DNA of 64,000 nucleotides from Thermoplasmata archaeon (GCA_022750155.1 JAKIWG010000001.1:81138-145137), one strand, 5' to 3'. Shown: positions 18,508-28,112, counted from the stretch's first letter. A program made the numbers and translations. The notes: generated by a model not told the origin, from the letters alone.

Positions 18508-18957
18508 ATGGCCGACGAGCCGGAGAGGCCCCCGTTCGAACGGCTCGCGCGCCGCCTCCGGATCTTCCTTCGCACCCAGCGGTTCATCATCTCCATCTTC
18601 GTCCTCGCCATCGGGGTCCTGTTCGATGTCCTGGCATTCGGTGCATTCACTCCATTGCAGAGCACCCCCCCGTTCCCGACGTTGAACTCGGCGGCCGGAG
18701 GGCCGGGGGCGACGAGTGGTGGCTGGAACTACACCCTCACCTACCCGCTCCTCGGGGTCATCCTCACCATCGTGGGAGCCTACCTCGTTGGGGCGTACTA
18801 TGTCGCCCGGAAGCGGTTCGAGCACCTGATGCTCACCAAGAGCAAGGCGGAGTTCCTCCGGAACATTCCCGAGCTCGAGGACCTGCTCTGGGACCTCACC
18901 CCGAACGACGAGGTCCGCTACGCCGACAAGCGGGCCGAACTGCGGGTCCGCCGCTGA
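18508..18957 (+). CDS. two-TM membrane protein with a helical C-terminal domain, unknown function
   Basis: ATG 18508. Two hydrophobic segments and a charged C-terminal region (KSKAEFLRNIPELEDLLWDL). Coding-like composition. Confidence 0.6.
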   Translation: MADEPERPPFERLARRLRIFLRTQRFIISIFVLAIGVLFDVLAFGAFTPLQSTPPFPTLNSAAGGPGATSGGWNYTLTYPLLGVILTIVGAYLVGAYYVARKRFEHLMLTKSKAEFLRNIPELEDLLWDLTPNDEVRYADKRAELRVRR

Positions 18958-19000
18958 TCCATCGGGCGTCGGTTAAGTATCGACCCCCCGTGCGACGGCG

Positions 19001-19927
19001 ATGGCGGTCTCCCCGGCCCCCAAGGAGTCTCGGGAGTTCCATTTCCGTCGATTGGGCAAGCCCGAGGAGTTCCGCGCCGTCGAGGAGGTCCAGCGGGAGG
19101 CGTGGGGGCTGGGGACGGAGCCCCCCGTTCCGGGGGCCGTGCAGCGGGCGGTGCAGGACAACGGCGGCCTGGTGCTCGGGGCGTTCGCGGACATCTACCT
19201 GGCCGGCTTCAGCCTGAGCTTCCTCGGCTGGGACGGGAGCGCGCTCTACCACCATTCCCACCTGACGGGGGTCCGCCCCGAGTACCAGAACCACCACGTG
19301 GGCCTGCGGCTCAAGTTGTTTCAGCGGGAGGAGGTCCTCCGCCAGGGACTGAGTCAGATCCGCTGGGCGTTCGACCCGCTGCAGAGTCGCAACGCCTACC
19401 TTTCGGTCCGACGGCTGGGAGGGATCCCCGACCGGTACTTCGTGCACTACTACGGCCAACTGGACTCCGATGTGGACCGGGGGACCGAGTCGGACCGGGT
19501 TCGGCTGGTCTGGGACCTCGCCTCCCCCCGCACGGAGTCCCGTCTCGCCGGTGGGGGGCCGAGCGCCGCCGAGGACGAGGCCCGCTGGCGCGACTCGGTG
19601 GCGGTCGTCGAAACGACCCTCGGGGAGTCGGGGATCCGGGTCCCGGCCGCGGTCGACGAGCCGACGGCCCCCCAGGTCCATCTCGAGATCCCCTTTGACC
19701 TGCAGCTCGTCCGGGAGCACGAGCCGAACTCGCTGAGGACCTGGAGGCACGCGACTCGGGATGCGTTTCGGGCGGCGTTCGATGCCGGATACGTCGTCGA
19801 CGACTTCGCCGTTGTAGCGGCCGAGCACGAGCGCCGGAGTTTCTACTTCCTACGCGCGCCGTCCGCCGGGGCCCCGAGGGGGGTCGAGCCGTCTCCGATC
19901 CCCGCTCCGAAGAACCTTCCCGGGTGA
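19001..19927 (+). CDS. GNAT-superfamily-like protein (COG3375-type, predicted acetyltransferase)
   Basis: HSHLTGVRPEYQNHHVGLRLKLFQREE and RWAFDPLQSRNAYL resemble the uncharacterised GNAT-like family. TTAAGTAT at 18973-18980 lies 21 nt before the ATG. Confidence 0.6.
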   Translation: MAVSPAPKESREFHFRRLGKPEEFRAVEEVQREAWGLGTEPPVPGAVQRAVQDNGGLVLGAFADIYLAGFSLSFLGWDGSALYHHSHLTGVRPEYQNHHVGLRLKLFQREEVLRQGLSQIRWAFDPLQSRNAYLSVRRLGGIPDRYFVHYYGQLDSDVDRGTESDRVRLVWDLASPRTESRLAGGGPSAAEDEARWRDSVAVVETTLGESGIRVPAAVDEPTAPQVHLEIPFDLQLVREHEPNSLRTWRHATRDAFRAAFDAGYVVDDFAVVAAEHERRSFYFLRAPSAGAPRGVEPSPIPAPKNLPG

Positions 19928-20009
19928 AGCGCGCACCGCGCCGCGAGTCGGGCCCGGTCGAAGGGCCGGCAGTTGAAAGCGGGATAAGCGGCAGGGTGGT
20001 CCACCCCAC

Positions 20010-20933
20010 ATGGCCGCCCGGATGCGATCGCTGCCTCCCTCCGCGGCGCTCGGCATCTTCCTCCTCGGGGCGGTCGCCTTCGGCGTGGCGGCGTCGTTCC
20101 TCGCCGGAGCCAGTCAGCCGTTCGAGGCTCAGGCGACGGCCGCGATGCCGGTCGGCTACGCGTATCTCGAGGTGGCTTCCGCGATCGTCCTGTTCGGCAT
20201 CATCGCTCGAGTCGTGTACGGGTTCGTCCAGGCGGTGCACCGCGGAACCTTGCCGATCCCCGGCCACACGATGGCGCTCCTTCTGACCATGTTCGGCATC
20301 GCGCTCGTTTTCCTCCTCCTGTTCCACCTTGTGGGGGGTGGGGGGACCGCAGCCCAGGGTAATCTGACCGCGCCGAACCACACCCAGCCCCCCCCGCCTC
20401 CCACGGGGGGGTCGACCTCCGCGTCGGGGAACTTCACCGGCGCCGGGGGCGTCAACCTCCCGGGCTGGGTGGTCTACTTGGGCCTTGGGGTGACGTCGAT
20501 CCTCGTGGTGGCGGTCGCGCTCCCGTATCTGATCGCCGCACGCCGTGAGCCCCCCTTCCCCCTCCCGCGCACCGGACCCACCCCCGAGGAGGTTCGCGCC
20601 GCCATTCGCCGAGCACTGGACGACCTCGACTCCCCCGCGCCGATGAGCGGGAATCGCCGGATCATCGCCGCGTATGCCGCGCTCCTGGAACGATTCGAGG
20701 AACGTCGCCCGAGGGGAGTGGATGGAGCGATCGAGACGATGACCCCACGCGACATCGAGCGGGTCTGCGTCGAACGGCTTCGGGTCTCCCCCCTCACCGC
20801 GCGCGAGCTCACGGACCTGTTCGAGGAGGCCCGGTACTCGAAGCACCAGCTGACCGAGACGGACGTAGAGCGGGCCCGACGGGCCCTTCGCAAGGCGCTT
20901 GACGACCTCGAGAGGACTCCGAGGTTGGGATGA
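20010..20933 (+). CDS. DUF4129-domain membrane protein
   Basis: About 4 TM segments, then a C-terminal domain containing TARELTDLFEEARYSKHQL, the characteristic DUF4129 motif. Confidence 0.7.
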   Translation: MAARMRSLPPSAALGIFLLGAVAFGVAASFLAGASQPFEAQATAAMPVGYAYLEVASAIVLFGIIARVVYGFVQAVHRGTLPIPGHTMALLLTMFGIALVFLLLFHLVGGGGTAAQGNLTAPNHTQPPPPPTGGSTSASGNFTGAGGVNLPGWVVYLGLGVTSILVVAVALPYLIAARREPPFPLPRTGPTPEEVRAAIRRALDDLDSPAPMSGNRRIIAAYAALLERFEERRPRGVDGAIETMTPRDIERVCVERLRVSPLTARELTDLFEEARYSKHQLTETDVERARRALRKALDDLERTPRLG

Positions 20934-21340
20934 TCCCCCGGTGGGTCGAGCTGCTCCTCTTCGCCACCGTCGCCCTTGGACTCCTGGTCGCATTCTGGGC
21001 CGGTCCGAACCTCGCCGCCGCCATTCCCGCCGCCGCGATCGCGTCCCTGGGGGCCGCGGCGTACGCGGGCCTGCTCCTCGAGGAGCGGGTCCGCCGGGTG
21101 CCGGCCCCGCTCCCGGTCCTGGGGGGGGATCCCGTCGTGGGCCTCCGGGAGTCGTTCCGATCCGGACCGATCGGTCGCCAATCGATCATCCAGCTGATCG
21201 CGACGATGGAGCGCAGCCTCGGCTCACGCGGGAGCGCGCCGATCACGCCCGCCGAGGAACTGCGTTTGTTGAACGGCTCGCGCGCGGAGTTCCGGACGTG
21301 GGTGGCCGGGCGGATCCAGCGGCTGGAGAGGGAGACGTGA
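20930..21340 (+). CDS. small two-TM protein of the MoxR/DUF58 cluster
   Basis: ATGA overlap with the upstream gene and GTGA overlap with the downstream gene. Two hydrophobic segments followed by a soluble tail. Confidence 0.55.
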   Translation: MIPRWVELLLFATVALGLLVAFWAGPNLAAAIPAAAIASLGAAAYAGLLLEERVRRVPAPLPVLGGDPVVGLRESFRSGPIGRQSIIQLIATMERSLGSRGSAPITPAEELRLLNGSRAEFRTWVAGRIQRLERET

Positions 21341-22635
21341 ACCCCATCGGCCCCGTCTCGACCGCACGCCGGCTCTGGCGCCCGCTCGCCCTCTACCTGT
21401 ACGCCGCGAGCGGCCTGCTCGTCGCCGCGGCGTTCCTCGCCAAGTCGCCGGTACCGCTCTTCGCGGCGCTCCCGCTGCTCCTCGCCCCCGCGAGCGGCCT
21501 CGCACTTGCCCCCTCGAGCGCGCTGGGAGCCCGACTGACCTGGGCGGCGGAGGGGTCGGGGGCCGAGGTGACCCTGCGGGGGACGATCGCGGCGGAAGGT
21601 CGGGTCGACGTCCGAAGGCTCGAGGTGAGGTTCTACACCGTCGAGCCGCTCGAACCCGTCGCGCCCCCCAAGCTCGAGCTACGCGGCGGCGAGATCCGCT
21701 TTGAGGCGAAGTACCGGGCTCCCTACCCGTGCCTGCTCATCGTCCCGCGGCCCGACGTGCTATGGGTCGATCCGCTCGGCCTGCTCGAGGTGCCCGTCCG
21801 GGTGGCGGGGGACGCGCTGCGGGTGGAGCGGTTCCCACCGGAGGTCTCCAACATAGGACGAAGCCGCCTGGAACGTACCACGAGCGCACCCGGGGAGATC
21901 CGGTCGAGGGCGATCGGGCCGGCCGGCGAATTCTTTGCGGTGCGCACCGCCGCGCCGACCGACACCTATCGGCAGATCAACTGGTGGGCCACGGCCCGCG
22001 GCGGACGATTGCTCGCCAACGACTATCACCTGGAGCGCACCGGCGACCTGGTCATCCTGCTCGACCTCCGCCCGACGTCGCTCGGGCCGGAGAAGGACCG
22101 ACAGCTCCTCGCGGTCTCGCGCGCCGCGGCCCTCGGGATCGCGTCGAGCTTCTTGTCCCAGAAGGCCCGGGTCGGGCTGGGCCTGTTCGATGAGTTCCTG
22201 ACCGCGGTCCCCCTCGGCTCGGGCCGCCTCCAGCAGTTCCGCCTGCAGGTCGCCCTTCAGAAAGCCGAGATCGCCATTACCCCCGGGCCGGCCGAACGGC
22301 TGGGGGTCTCGATGCGCCGCTACTTCCCGCCGGGAGTGACCACCCTTCTCATCTCGCCCCTCGCCGACGAGGAGGGGCTTCTCGTCCTCCCCCACCTTCG
22401 CCGTCGGGGGTTCCCGGCGATCGTCCTCTCTCCGTCGCCCCTGCCGATGCTCTCCGCGAGCCCGTCCGACGATCGGGGGGAGGCGGCCCTCGCCGGGCGG
22501 CTCCTGAGAATCGTCCGGCGGGTCCGGGTCGGCGAAGGGTGGAGGGAGGCGTCCGTGATCGAGTGGGAAGATTACTGGTCGCTCGCGCCCCTCGTGGATT
22601 TTCTCGCCCGCCCGGTGCTCCGCAGGAACCGATGA
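21337..22635 (+). CDS. DUF58-domain protein (vWA-like, MoxR-associated)
   Basis: GTG 21337 in frame with ORF 20899..22635. Two N-terminal TM segments. GEFFAVRTAAPTDTYRQINWWATARGGRLLANDYHLERTGDLVILLD matches the DUF58 core. Confidence 0.75.
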   Translation: MNPIGPVSTARRLWRPLALYLYAASGLLVAAAFLAKSPVPLFAALPLLLAPASGLALAPSSALGARLTWAAEGSGAEVTLRGTIAAEGRVDVRRLEVRFYTVEPLEPVAPPKLELRGGEIRFEAKYRAPYPCLLIVPRPDVLWVDPLGLLEVPVRVAGDALRVERFPPEVSNIGRSRLERTTSAPGEIRSRAIGPAGEFFAVRTAAPTDTYRQINWWATARGGRLLANDYHLERTGDLVILLDLRPTSLGPEKDRQLLAVSRAAALGIASSFLSQKARVGLGLFDEFLTAVPLGSGRLQQFRLQVALQKAEIAITPGPAERLGVSMRRYFPPGVTTLLISPLADEEGLLVLPHLRRRGFPAIVLSPSPLPMLSASPSDDRGEAALAGRLLRIVRRVRVGEGWREASVIEWEDYWSLAPLVDFLARPVLRRNR

Positions 22636-23165
22636 ACGTCACGGTGGGCGCCGCCTCGTTGAACGTCCCACCCATTGAGAGAGCGGCCGCCTCCGCGGTC
22701 TTTTGGGTCGCCGGAGTGGCCCTCGCCGCGACCGACCCGAACGCCCCGTGGCTGAGGGCACTCCTCGTCGGAGCGATCCTCGGAGGCGCCGTCGCGCTCT
22801 CGTTCTGGCCGAGGCGGGAGCTACGTCTCCTTAGTCTCGCGCTGGCGGTGGTCGGGTTGGCCACGGGTGCGCTGGCGGCCCAGGTGAACCCCCTCTCCGG
22901 AATCCTCGCGGGGCTAGCAGGTCTCGCCCTGCTGTACTGGGCGACCTCGAGCGGGGAGGGCCGGGAGCGGGGCACCGGCGCCCTCGCCGGCCTCACCCTG
23001 CCGGGCCTCGCCACCGGTGTGGCCGTCGCCACCGGATTGCTGCTCCCCTCGACGCAAGAGCAGGTCGGGGCCGCCGCCGCCCTCGCCGTCGGGGTCTTCG
23101 TATACCTCGCCTTCATCCTCGCCCGCGCCGAGCCGGGTTCCGAGAGCGATGCGCCATCGCTTTGA
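22632..23165 (+). CDS. polytopic membrane protein, unknown function
   Basis: ATG 22632 overlaps the DUF58 stop (ATGA). 177 aa, Ala/Gly/Leu-rich, about 5 hydrophobic segments. Confidence 0.55.
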   Translation: MNVTVGAASLNVPPIERAAASAVFWVAGVALAATDPNAPWLRALLVGAILGGAVALSFWPRRELRLLSLALAVVGLATGALAAQVNPLSGILAGLAGLALLYWATSSGEGRERGTGALAGLTLPGLATGVAVATGLLLPSTQEQVGAAAALAVGVFVYLAFILARAEPGSESDAPSL

Positions 23166-23441
23166 GCGCGGCGGCCCATCCCGGCCCGACGGGGCCGGCT
23201 GGTCCCGTCCGAGCACCGACGAAGGGTCCCTCTTGACCGCACACGGACGGGTCGTCCGTTGGGATGACGTGAGGACAACCCCGGTGTCCGATAGCCCCGG
23301 CCGGGGTCAGGACGCTGAGAGGGCCGATCGGCCGCCTGGGACGCGCAACCGTTACGGCCGGGGGATAGCGGAGCGGCCGGCGCCCGCGGCCGGTCCGGTA
23401 CATATAGGCGACCTCGCTGGCCGGGCACGGAGGGCGACGCA

Positions 23442-24392
23442 GTGAACGGGGCCGAGGCGCGTGCACTCCTTGCACGGGTCCGCGAGGCGGTGCACACCGC
23501 CGTGGTCGGTCGGGACGCCGTGCTCGACCAGATCGCCGTCGGGCTCGTCGCCGACGGCCACCTGCTCCTCGAGGACCTGCCTGGACTCGGCAAGACGCTG
23601 ATGGCCCGATCGTTCGCCGCCGCCCTCGGCCTGACGTTCCACCGATTGCAGTTCACCGCCGACCTCCTTCCGCACGACATCACGGGGGGGGAGATGTACG
23701 ACGCGAAGAACAGCGAGTTCACCTTCCGTCCGGGGCCGCTGTTCACCCACCTGCTCCTCGCCGACGAGATCAACCGGGCCCCCCCGAAGGTCCAGTCCGC
23801 CCTCCTCGAGGCGATGCAGGAGTACCAGGTCACCAGCGAGCGGGGCACGTATCCGCTCGAGCGGCCGTTCCTCGTCCTGGCGACCCAGAACCCCCTCGAG
23901 CTCGAGGGGACCTACCCCCTCCCCGAGGCCCAGGTCGACCGGTTCCTCATGCGGCTGTCCGTCGGCTATCCCACGCGCGAGGAGGAGCGGACGATCCTCG
24001 AGCGGCGTCGGACGCGCAAGGTCGACGAGGTCACGATCCCGAAAGTGCTGGACCTCGAGCAGTTCCGGGGGATCCAGCAGGCCGCCGAGGATGTCGAGGT
24101 CGACCCGGCGCTCGAGGCGTACGCGGTCGACGTGGTGGCCGCCACCCGGGGGGACCCCCGGGTGGATGTCGGAGCCTCGCCGCGGGGATCCCTCGCCCTC
24201 CTGAAGCTCTCGAGAGCGCGTGCGCTCGTCGAGGGCCGGGATTTCGTCGTGCCCGACGACATGCGTTCCCTCGCCATTCCGGCGTTGGCCCATCGGGTGC
24301 TCGTCAAGCCCGAGCCGTGGATCCGCGGGGTCCGAGGGGCCCAGATCGTCCAGCAGGCGCTGGAGCGGATCCCCGTTCCCAAGGTCCCGTAA
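23442..24392 (+). CDS. MoxR-family AAA+ ATPase
   Basis: Walker A LEDLPGLGKT, Walker B LLLADEINRA, VLATQNP, EAQVDRF, and the C-terminal lid typical of MoxR. Confidence 0.9.
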   Translation: MNGAEARALLARVREAVHTAVVGRDAVLDQIAVGLVADGHLLLEDLPGLGKTLMARSFAAALGLTFHRLQFTADLLPHDITGGEMYDAKNSEFTFRPGPLFTHLLLADEINRAPPKVQSALLEAMQEYQVTSERGTYPLERPFLVLATQNPLELEGTYPLPEAQVDRFLMRLSVGYPTREEERTILERRRTRKVDEVTIPKVLDLEQFRGIQQAAEDVEVDPALEAYAVDVVAATRGDPRVDVGASPRGSLALLKLSRARALVEGRDFVVPDDMRSLAIPALAHRVLVKPEPWIRGVRGAQIVQQALERIPVPKVP

Positions 24393-24482
24393 CCCTCTCG
24401 GCCGCCGAGTCGAACCACCGGGGACTCGCGGGCGCACCCCGGCCGAGCAAAGCGTTTTCAAGCCGGCTCCGGTCCTCGACCC

Positions 24483-25442
24483 GTGTCCGGGGCGGTGCCG
24501 GCCGTCGTCATCGCCGACCCGATCGACGCGTCGGCGGTGACGCGCCTCTCGCAGGGTCCGTGCCGCGTCGTCGATGCGACCCAGGGTGCCGAGGCCCTGA
24601 GCGCGGTGCTCCCGGGCGCCTGGGGGCTCATCGTCCGAAGCCGTACCAAGGTGACGGCCGAACTGATGTCGAAGGCACCCCAACTCGCGATCGTCGCCCG
24701 CGCCGGCGTCGGCGTGGACAACATCGACCTGGCGGCCGCCTCCGCCCGGAACGTTCGGGTGGTCAACGCCCCGACGGCGGCGACCGCGAGCGTCGCGGAA
24801 TTGACGATCGCCTTCTACCTGATGCTCGTGCGCGACCTCGCCCCCCAGGTCGCGGCGACGAAAACCGGTTCGTGGGTCCGGGGACAGAACCGCGGGGAGC
24901 TCGCGGGACGGACCGTCGGCTTCGTCGGGTACGGTCGGATCGCCCGCGAGGTCGCGCGGCGGGTGCGCCCGTTCGGGGTGACGACCATCGCCTACGACCC
25001 GTTCGTGACCTCGACCGGCGACGGAACGGAGCTGAAGGGCCTCGACGAGCTGCTGGGGGAGAGCGACATCGTGAGCCTTCACGCCGCCTCCACTCCGGAG
25101 AACCACCACCTCCTGAACGCCGCGCGGATCGAGCGGATGAAACGGGGCTCGTACGTCGTCAACGTCGCCCGAGGACCCCTCATCGACGAGGCCGCGCTCG
25201 AGGCGGCGCTCACGAGCGGTCAACTGGGTGGGGCCGCACTCGATGTCTTCGAGGTCGAACCGCCCCAGCGACCGTCGCTCCTCGCCCACCCGAAGGTCGT
25301 CGCGACGCCCCACATCGGCGCCTCCACCCACGAGGCGCAGGCGCGCGCCGGCACCCAGGTCGTCGATGAGGTGCTGCGCGCCCTCGCCGGCGAGCCCCTC
25401 CTCTCCCAGGTCAACCCCGAAGTCGGAGGAAAGAAACCGTGA
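24483..25442 (+). CDS. serA: D-3-phosphoglycerate dehydrogenase / D-isomer 2-hydroxyacid dehydrogenase
   Basis: GVGVDNIDL, NAD motif GFVGYGRIAREVA, VNVARG, ALDVFEVEP, TPHIGAST. Confidence 0.85.
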   Translation: MSGAVPAVVIADPIDASAVTRLSQGPCRVVDATQGAEALSAVLPGAWGLIVRSRTKVTAELMSKAPQLAIVARAGVGVDNIDLAAASARNVRVVNAPTAATASVAELTIAFYLMLVRDLAPQVAATKTGSWVRGQNRGELAGRTVGFVGYGRIAREVARRVRPFGVTTIAYDPFVTSTGDGTELKGLDELLGESDIVSLHAASTPENHHLLNAARIERMKRGSYVVNVARGPLIDEAALEAALTSGQLGGAALDVFEVEPPQRPSLLAHPKVVATPHIGASTHEAQARAGTQVVDEVLRALAGEPLLSQVNPEVGGKKP

Positions 25443-26575
25443 CGTTCGACCCCGAGACCGCGACGTTCCTGATCGCCGGACCGGTCCGCATCCACCCGAG
25501 GGTCCTGCGGGCGATGAGCATGTCCTCGCTCAACCACCGCGGGGAGTACTTCCACGGGGTCGTGGGGGAGATCCGCGAGATGCTCCCCACCCTGTTCGGG
25601 ACGAAGGGGACCCAGGTGATCCTGACGGGGAGCGGCAGCTCTGGCCTGGAGGCCGTCTACTCCTCGCTCGTCCGCAAGGGGGAGCGAACGCTCGTCCTCT
25701 GCAACGGCAACTTCGGGGAGAGGTCCGACCAGATCGTGCGAAGGTACGGTGACCCCGTCACGACCCTCACCGCCCCGTGGGGCCAGCACATCGCGGTCGA
25801 CGCCGCCCAGGCCGAGCTGGAGAAGGGCGACGTCCGCGCCGTCTGCGTCGTCCACAACGAGACGAGCGTGGGCCTGCAGAACGATCTGGCCCGACTCGCC
25901 CCGGCCGTCCGGAAATCCGGGGCGCTGTTCCTGGTCGACGGGATCTCGGCCGTCGCGGGGATCCCGTGCCCGATCCAATCCTGGGGGATCGACGCCCTCG
26001 TCGCCGGGAGCCAGAAGGGGCTCGCGGCCCCCGCCGGCCTCGCCATGGTGCACCTCTCCGATCGCGCCGTGAAGGAGCTGCGCCCGGGGACGTTCTACCT
26101 CGACCTCGTCGAGCACATCAAGGCCCTCGAGAAGAACGACACGCCGTGGACCCCCGCGGTCCCGCTGTTCCTCGCGCTCCGCGAGGCCCTCCTGCTCCTG
26201 AAGGAGGAGGGGCTCGAGGGGCGGCTCACGCGGACCCACGAGCTCGCGGTCGCGACGCGGGCGGCGGTGGCCGCGACGGGACTTTCGCTCTTCCCCGACC
26301 CGCGGTTCGCCTCCGACACCGTCACCGCGATCCGCAATCCGGACGGGATGGACGACTCCCAGGTCCGCAAGGCGCTCCTCGACACCTACAACGTCGCGGT
26401 GCAGGGGGGCCAGGGCGCGCTCAAGGGGAAGATCTTCCGGATCGGCCACATGGGGATCGCCGGATGGCCGGACCTGCTGGCCGCCTTCGCGGCCCTCGAC
26501 CGGATCCTGGCCAAGGCCGGCCGGTTGCCCCACGCCGGCGCCGGCGTCGCCGCGATCGAAGCGGGGATGCCGTAG
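25439..26575 (+). CDS. class-V aminotransferase (serine-pyruvate / phosphoserine aminotransferase-like)
   Basis: GTGA overlap with serA. GSGSSGLEA, VHNETSVG, PLP lysine context AGSQKGLAAPAGLA, FRIGHMG. Confidence 0.85.
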   Translation: MTFDPETATFLIAGPVRIHPRVLRAMSMSSLNHRGEYFHGVVGEIREMLPTLFGTKGTQVILTGSGSSGLEAVYSSLVRKGERTLVLCNGNFGERSDQIVRRYGDPVTTLTAPWGQHIAVDAAQAELEKGDVRAVCVVHNETSVGLQNDLARLAPAVRKSGALFLVDGISAVAGIPCPIQSWGIDALVAGSQKGLAAPAGLAMVHLSDRAVKELRPGTFYLDLVEHIKALEKNDTPWTPAVPLFLALREALLLLKEEGLEGRLTRTHELAVATRAAVAATGLSLFPDPRFASDTVTAIRNPDGMDDSQVRKALLDTYNVAVQGGQGALKGKIFRIGHMGIAGWPDLLAAFAALDRILAKAGRLPHAGAGVAAIEAGMP

Positions 26576-26607
26576 GCGGCCCGAGCGTGCGGGCGCCGAC
26601 CCGTCCC

Positions 26608-27042
26608 CTAGATGTCCAAGATCACCCGGGCCCTTGGCGGGTCGAGGGAGATAGAGAGCCGGTGCAGCGTAACGGCCTTCACCTCCATGTGGCGGGAATG
26701 GCGTAGACCATCGAACGGCTCCCCGGTCAGCGTCGCGGTCAGGGACCGCGGAGGGGACCCGGTCAGACGGATCGTTACCTCCCGTACGAGGAACCCCTCC
26801 GAGTCATGGAGGACCACGAGCTCGCTCAGGAACGCGACCACGAGGGAGGCGGGGTCTCGCCCGGCGGCGCGCACGGTCCTGTGGCCCGTCGGACGGATCG
26901 ACCGCCGGTCGGTCATCCGGGCGAACAGGGCGAGCCCGAGGGCCTCGAACAGGCCCGCCGGGGTCCGGGCCGAAGCCCACAGGCCGACGTCGGCCGTCGT
27001 CCCGAAGCTGCCGTAACGTCGGCCGATACGGTCGCTTCCCAC
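26608..27042 (-). CDS. archease
   Basis: GTG 27042. TTADVGLWA near the N-terminus and EVKAVTLHRLSI near the C-terminus match archease signatures. Confidence 0.8.
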   Translation of the reverse strand: MGSDRIGRRYGSFGTTADVGLWASARTPAGLFEALGLALFARMTDRRSIRPTGHRTVRAAGRDPASLVVAFLSELVVLHDSEGFLVREVTIRLTGSPPRSLTATLTGEPFDGLRHSRHMEVKAVTLHRLSISLDPPRARVILDI

Positions 27043-27117
27043 CGACCGTACTCCCTCCGCGAGCCACCGAGGAAAGGGGCGGTGAGGCTTAAGCGATTGA
27101 CGCTCTCCGGATAGGGT

Positions 27118-27906
27118 ATGCGCGGCTCCCTCGTCGTCCCCACCCTCAACGAGGCCGCCTCCGTCGGCCACGTGCTCGACTCGTTCCGGGCGGCCGCGGA
27201 CCAGGCCAACACGAGCCTGTTCCCCCGCGATCCGGTGGAGTGGGAGATGATCGTGGTGGACGGGGCCTCCACCGACGGGACGGCGGAGATCGCCCGGAAG
27301 GCCGGGGCGCGGGTCGTGACCGAGCTCCGGAAGGGGTACGGCCGCGCGTACCTCACCGGGTTCGCCGAGGCGACCGGCGACGTCATCGCGACCCTGGACG
27401 GCGACGCCACGTATCCGGTCGAGGACGTCCCGAGGTTCGTCCAGATGCTCCTGCAGGAGAACCTCGACTTCATCACGTGCAACCGGCTTGCCTACCTCGA
27501 CCGCAGGGCGATGACCACGGAGCACCGGATCGGCAACTGGGTGCTCAACTGGTTCCTGTCCATCGGCTACGCCGCCTACCTGAAGGGCGCGCCGGGCGGG
27601 ACGATCGCCGACAGCCAGAGCGGGATGTGGGTCTTCCGGCGTACCGTGCTCGACAAGGTCGCCCTCACCCAGGAGGGGATGGCGTTCAGCGAGGAGCTCA
27701 AGATCGAGGTGCTGGCCCACGGGCTACGGATGCGGGAGGTCCCGATCCGCTACGCCGAGCGCTGGGGGGCCCCGAAGCTCTCGAGCTGGCGGGACGGCCG
27801 CAAGAACCTGTTCTTCCTGATCCGCAAGCGCCTCGACATGGCCCGCGAAAAGCAGGTCCGCCATACCCTGAACCTCGGTCGCCACTCCGAACCGGCCCCC
27901 CGCTGA
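27118..27906 (+). CDS. family-2 glycosyltransferase (dolichyl-phosphate sugar transferase-like)
   Basis: VVPTLNEA, VVDGASTDGT, LDGDATYP (DxD) and a C-terminal amphipathic region. Confidence 0.85.
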   Translation: MRGSLVVPTLNEAASVGHVLDSFRAAADQANTSLFPRDPVEWEMIVVDGASTDGTAEIARKAGARVVTELRKGYGRAYLTGFAEATGDVIATLDGDATYPVEDVPRFVQMLLQENLDFITCNRLAYLDRRAMTTEHRIGNWVLNWFLSIGYAAYLKGAPGGTIADSQSGMWVFRRTVLDKVALTQEGMAFSEELKIEVLAHGLRMREVPIRYAERWGAPKLSSWRDGRKNLFFLIRKRLDMAREKQVRHTLNLGRHSEPAPR

Positions 27907-27926
27907 GAGCGCGGGTCCGCCCGGGA

Positions 27927-28079
27927 CTACTGGGTCTTCCCCGCCCGCTCCTTCGACTTGGGGCGGAGCCCGTGGTACCCGCACTTCCGGCACTGCACGG
28001 CCTTCGGCGGGTTGCGCGCCGAGCAGTTCATGCAGACCTTCTTCAGAAGGAGCCGGTTCACGGCCTCGGGGAACGGCAT
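27927..28079 (-). CDS. rpl40e: 50S ribosomal protein L40e
   Basis: Not in the ORF track (50 aa). My translation of the minus strand is [50 protein letters not shown], with the CxxC...CxxC zinc ribbon and spacing typical of L40e. Confidence 0.85.
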   Translation of the reverse strand: MPFPEAVNRLLLKKVCMNCSARNPPKAVQCRKCGYHGLRPKSKERAGKTQ

Positions 28080-28106
28080 GGGTGGCCCGCGCCACCCCCC
28101 TTGCCG

Positions 28107-28112
28107 TATAAA
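28107..28112 (-). promoter_or_regulatory. TATA-like box (TTTATA on the minus strand) about 27 nt upstream of the rpl40e ATG
   Basis: The only AT-rich hexamer in the 87-bp divergent spacer between rpl40e and the AMMECR1 gene. Confidence 0.4.

Noticed and set aside
23166-23441. Possible SRP (7S) RNA or another known ncRNA in the 276-bp gap before moxR
   Set aside because: I could not find the conserved helix-8 type motifs (GGAA...AGCA context). The length and sequence do not match any RNA family I can recognise by eye. It is kept only as a low-interest structured-spacer finding.
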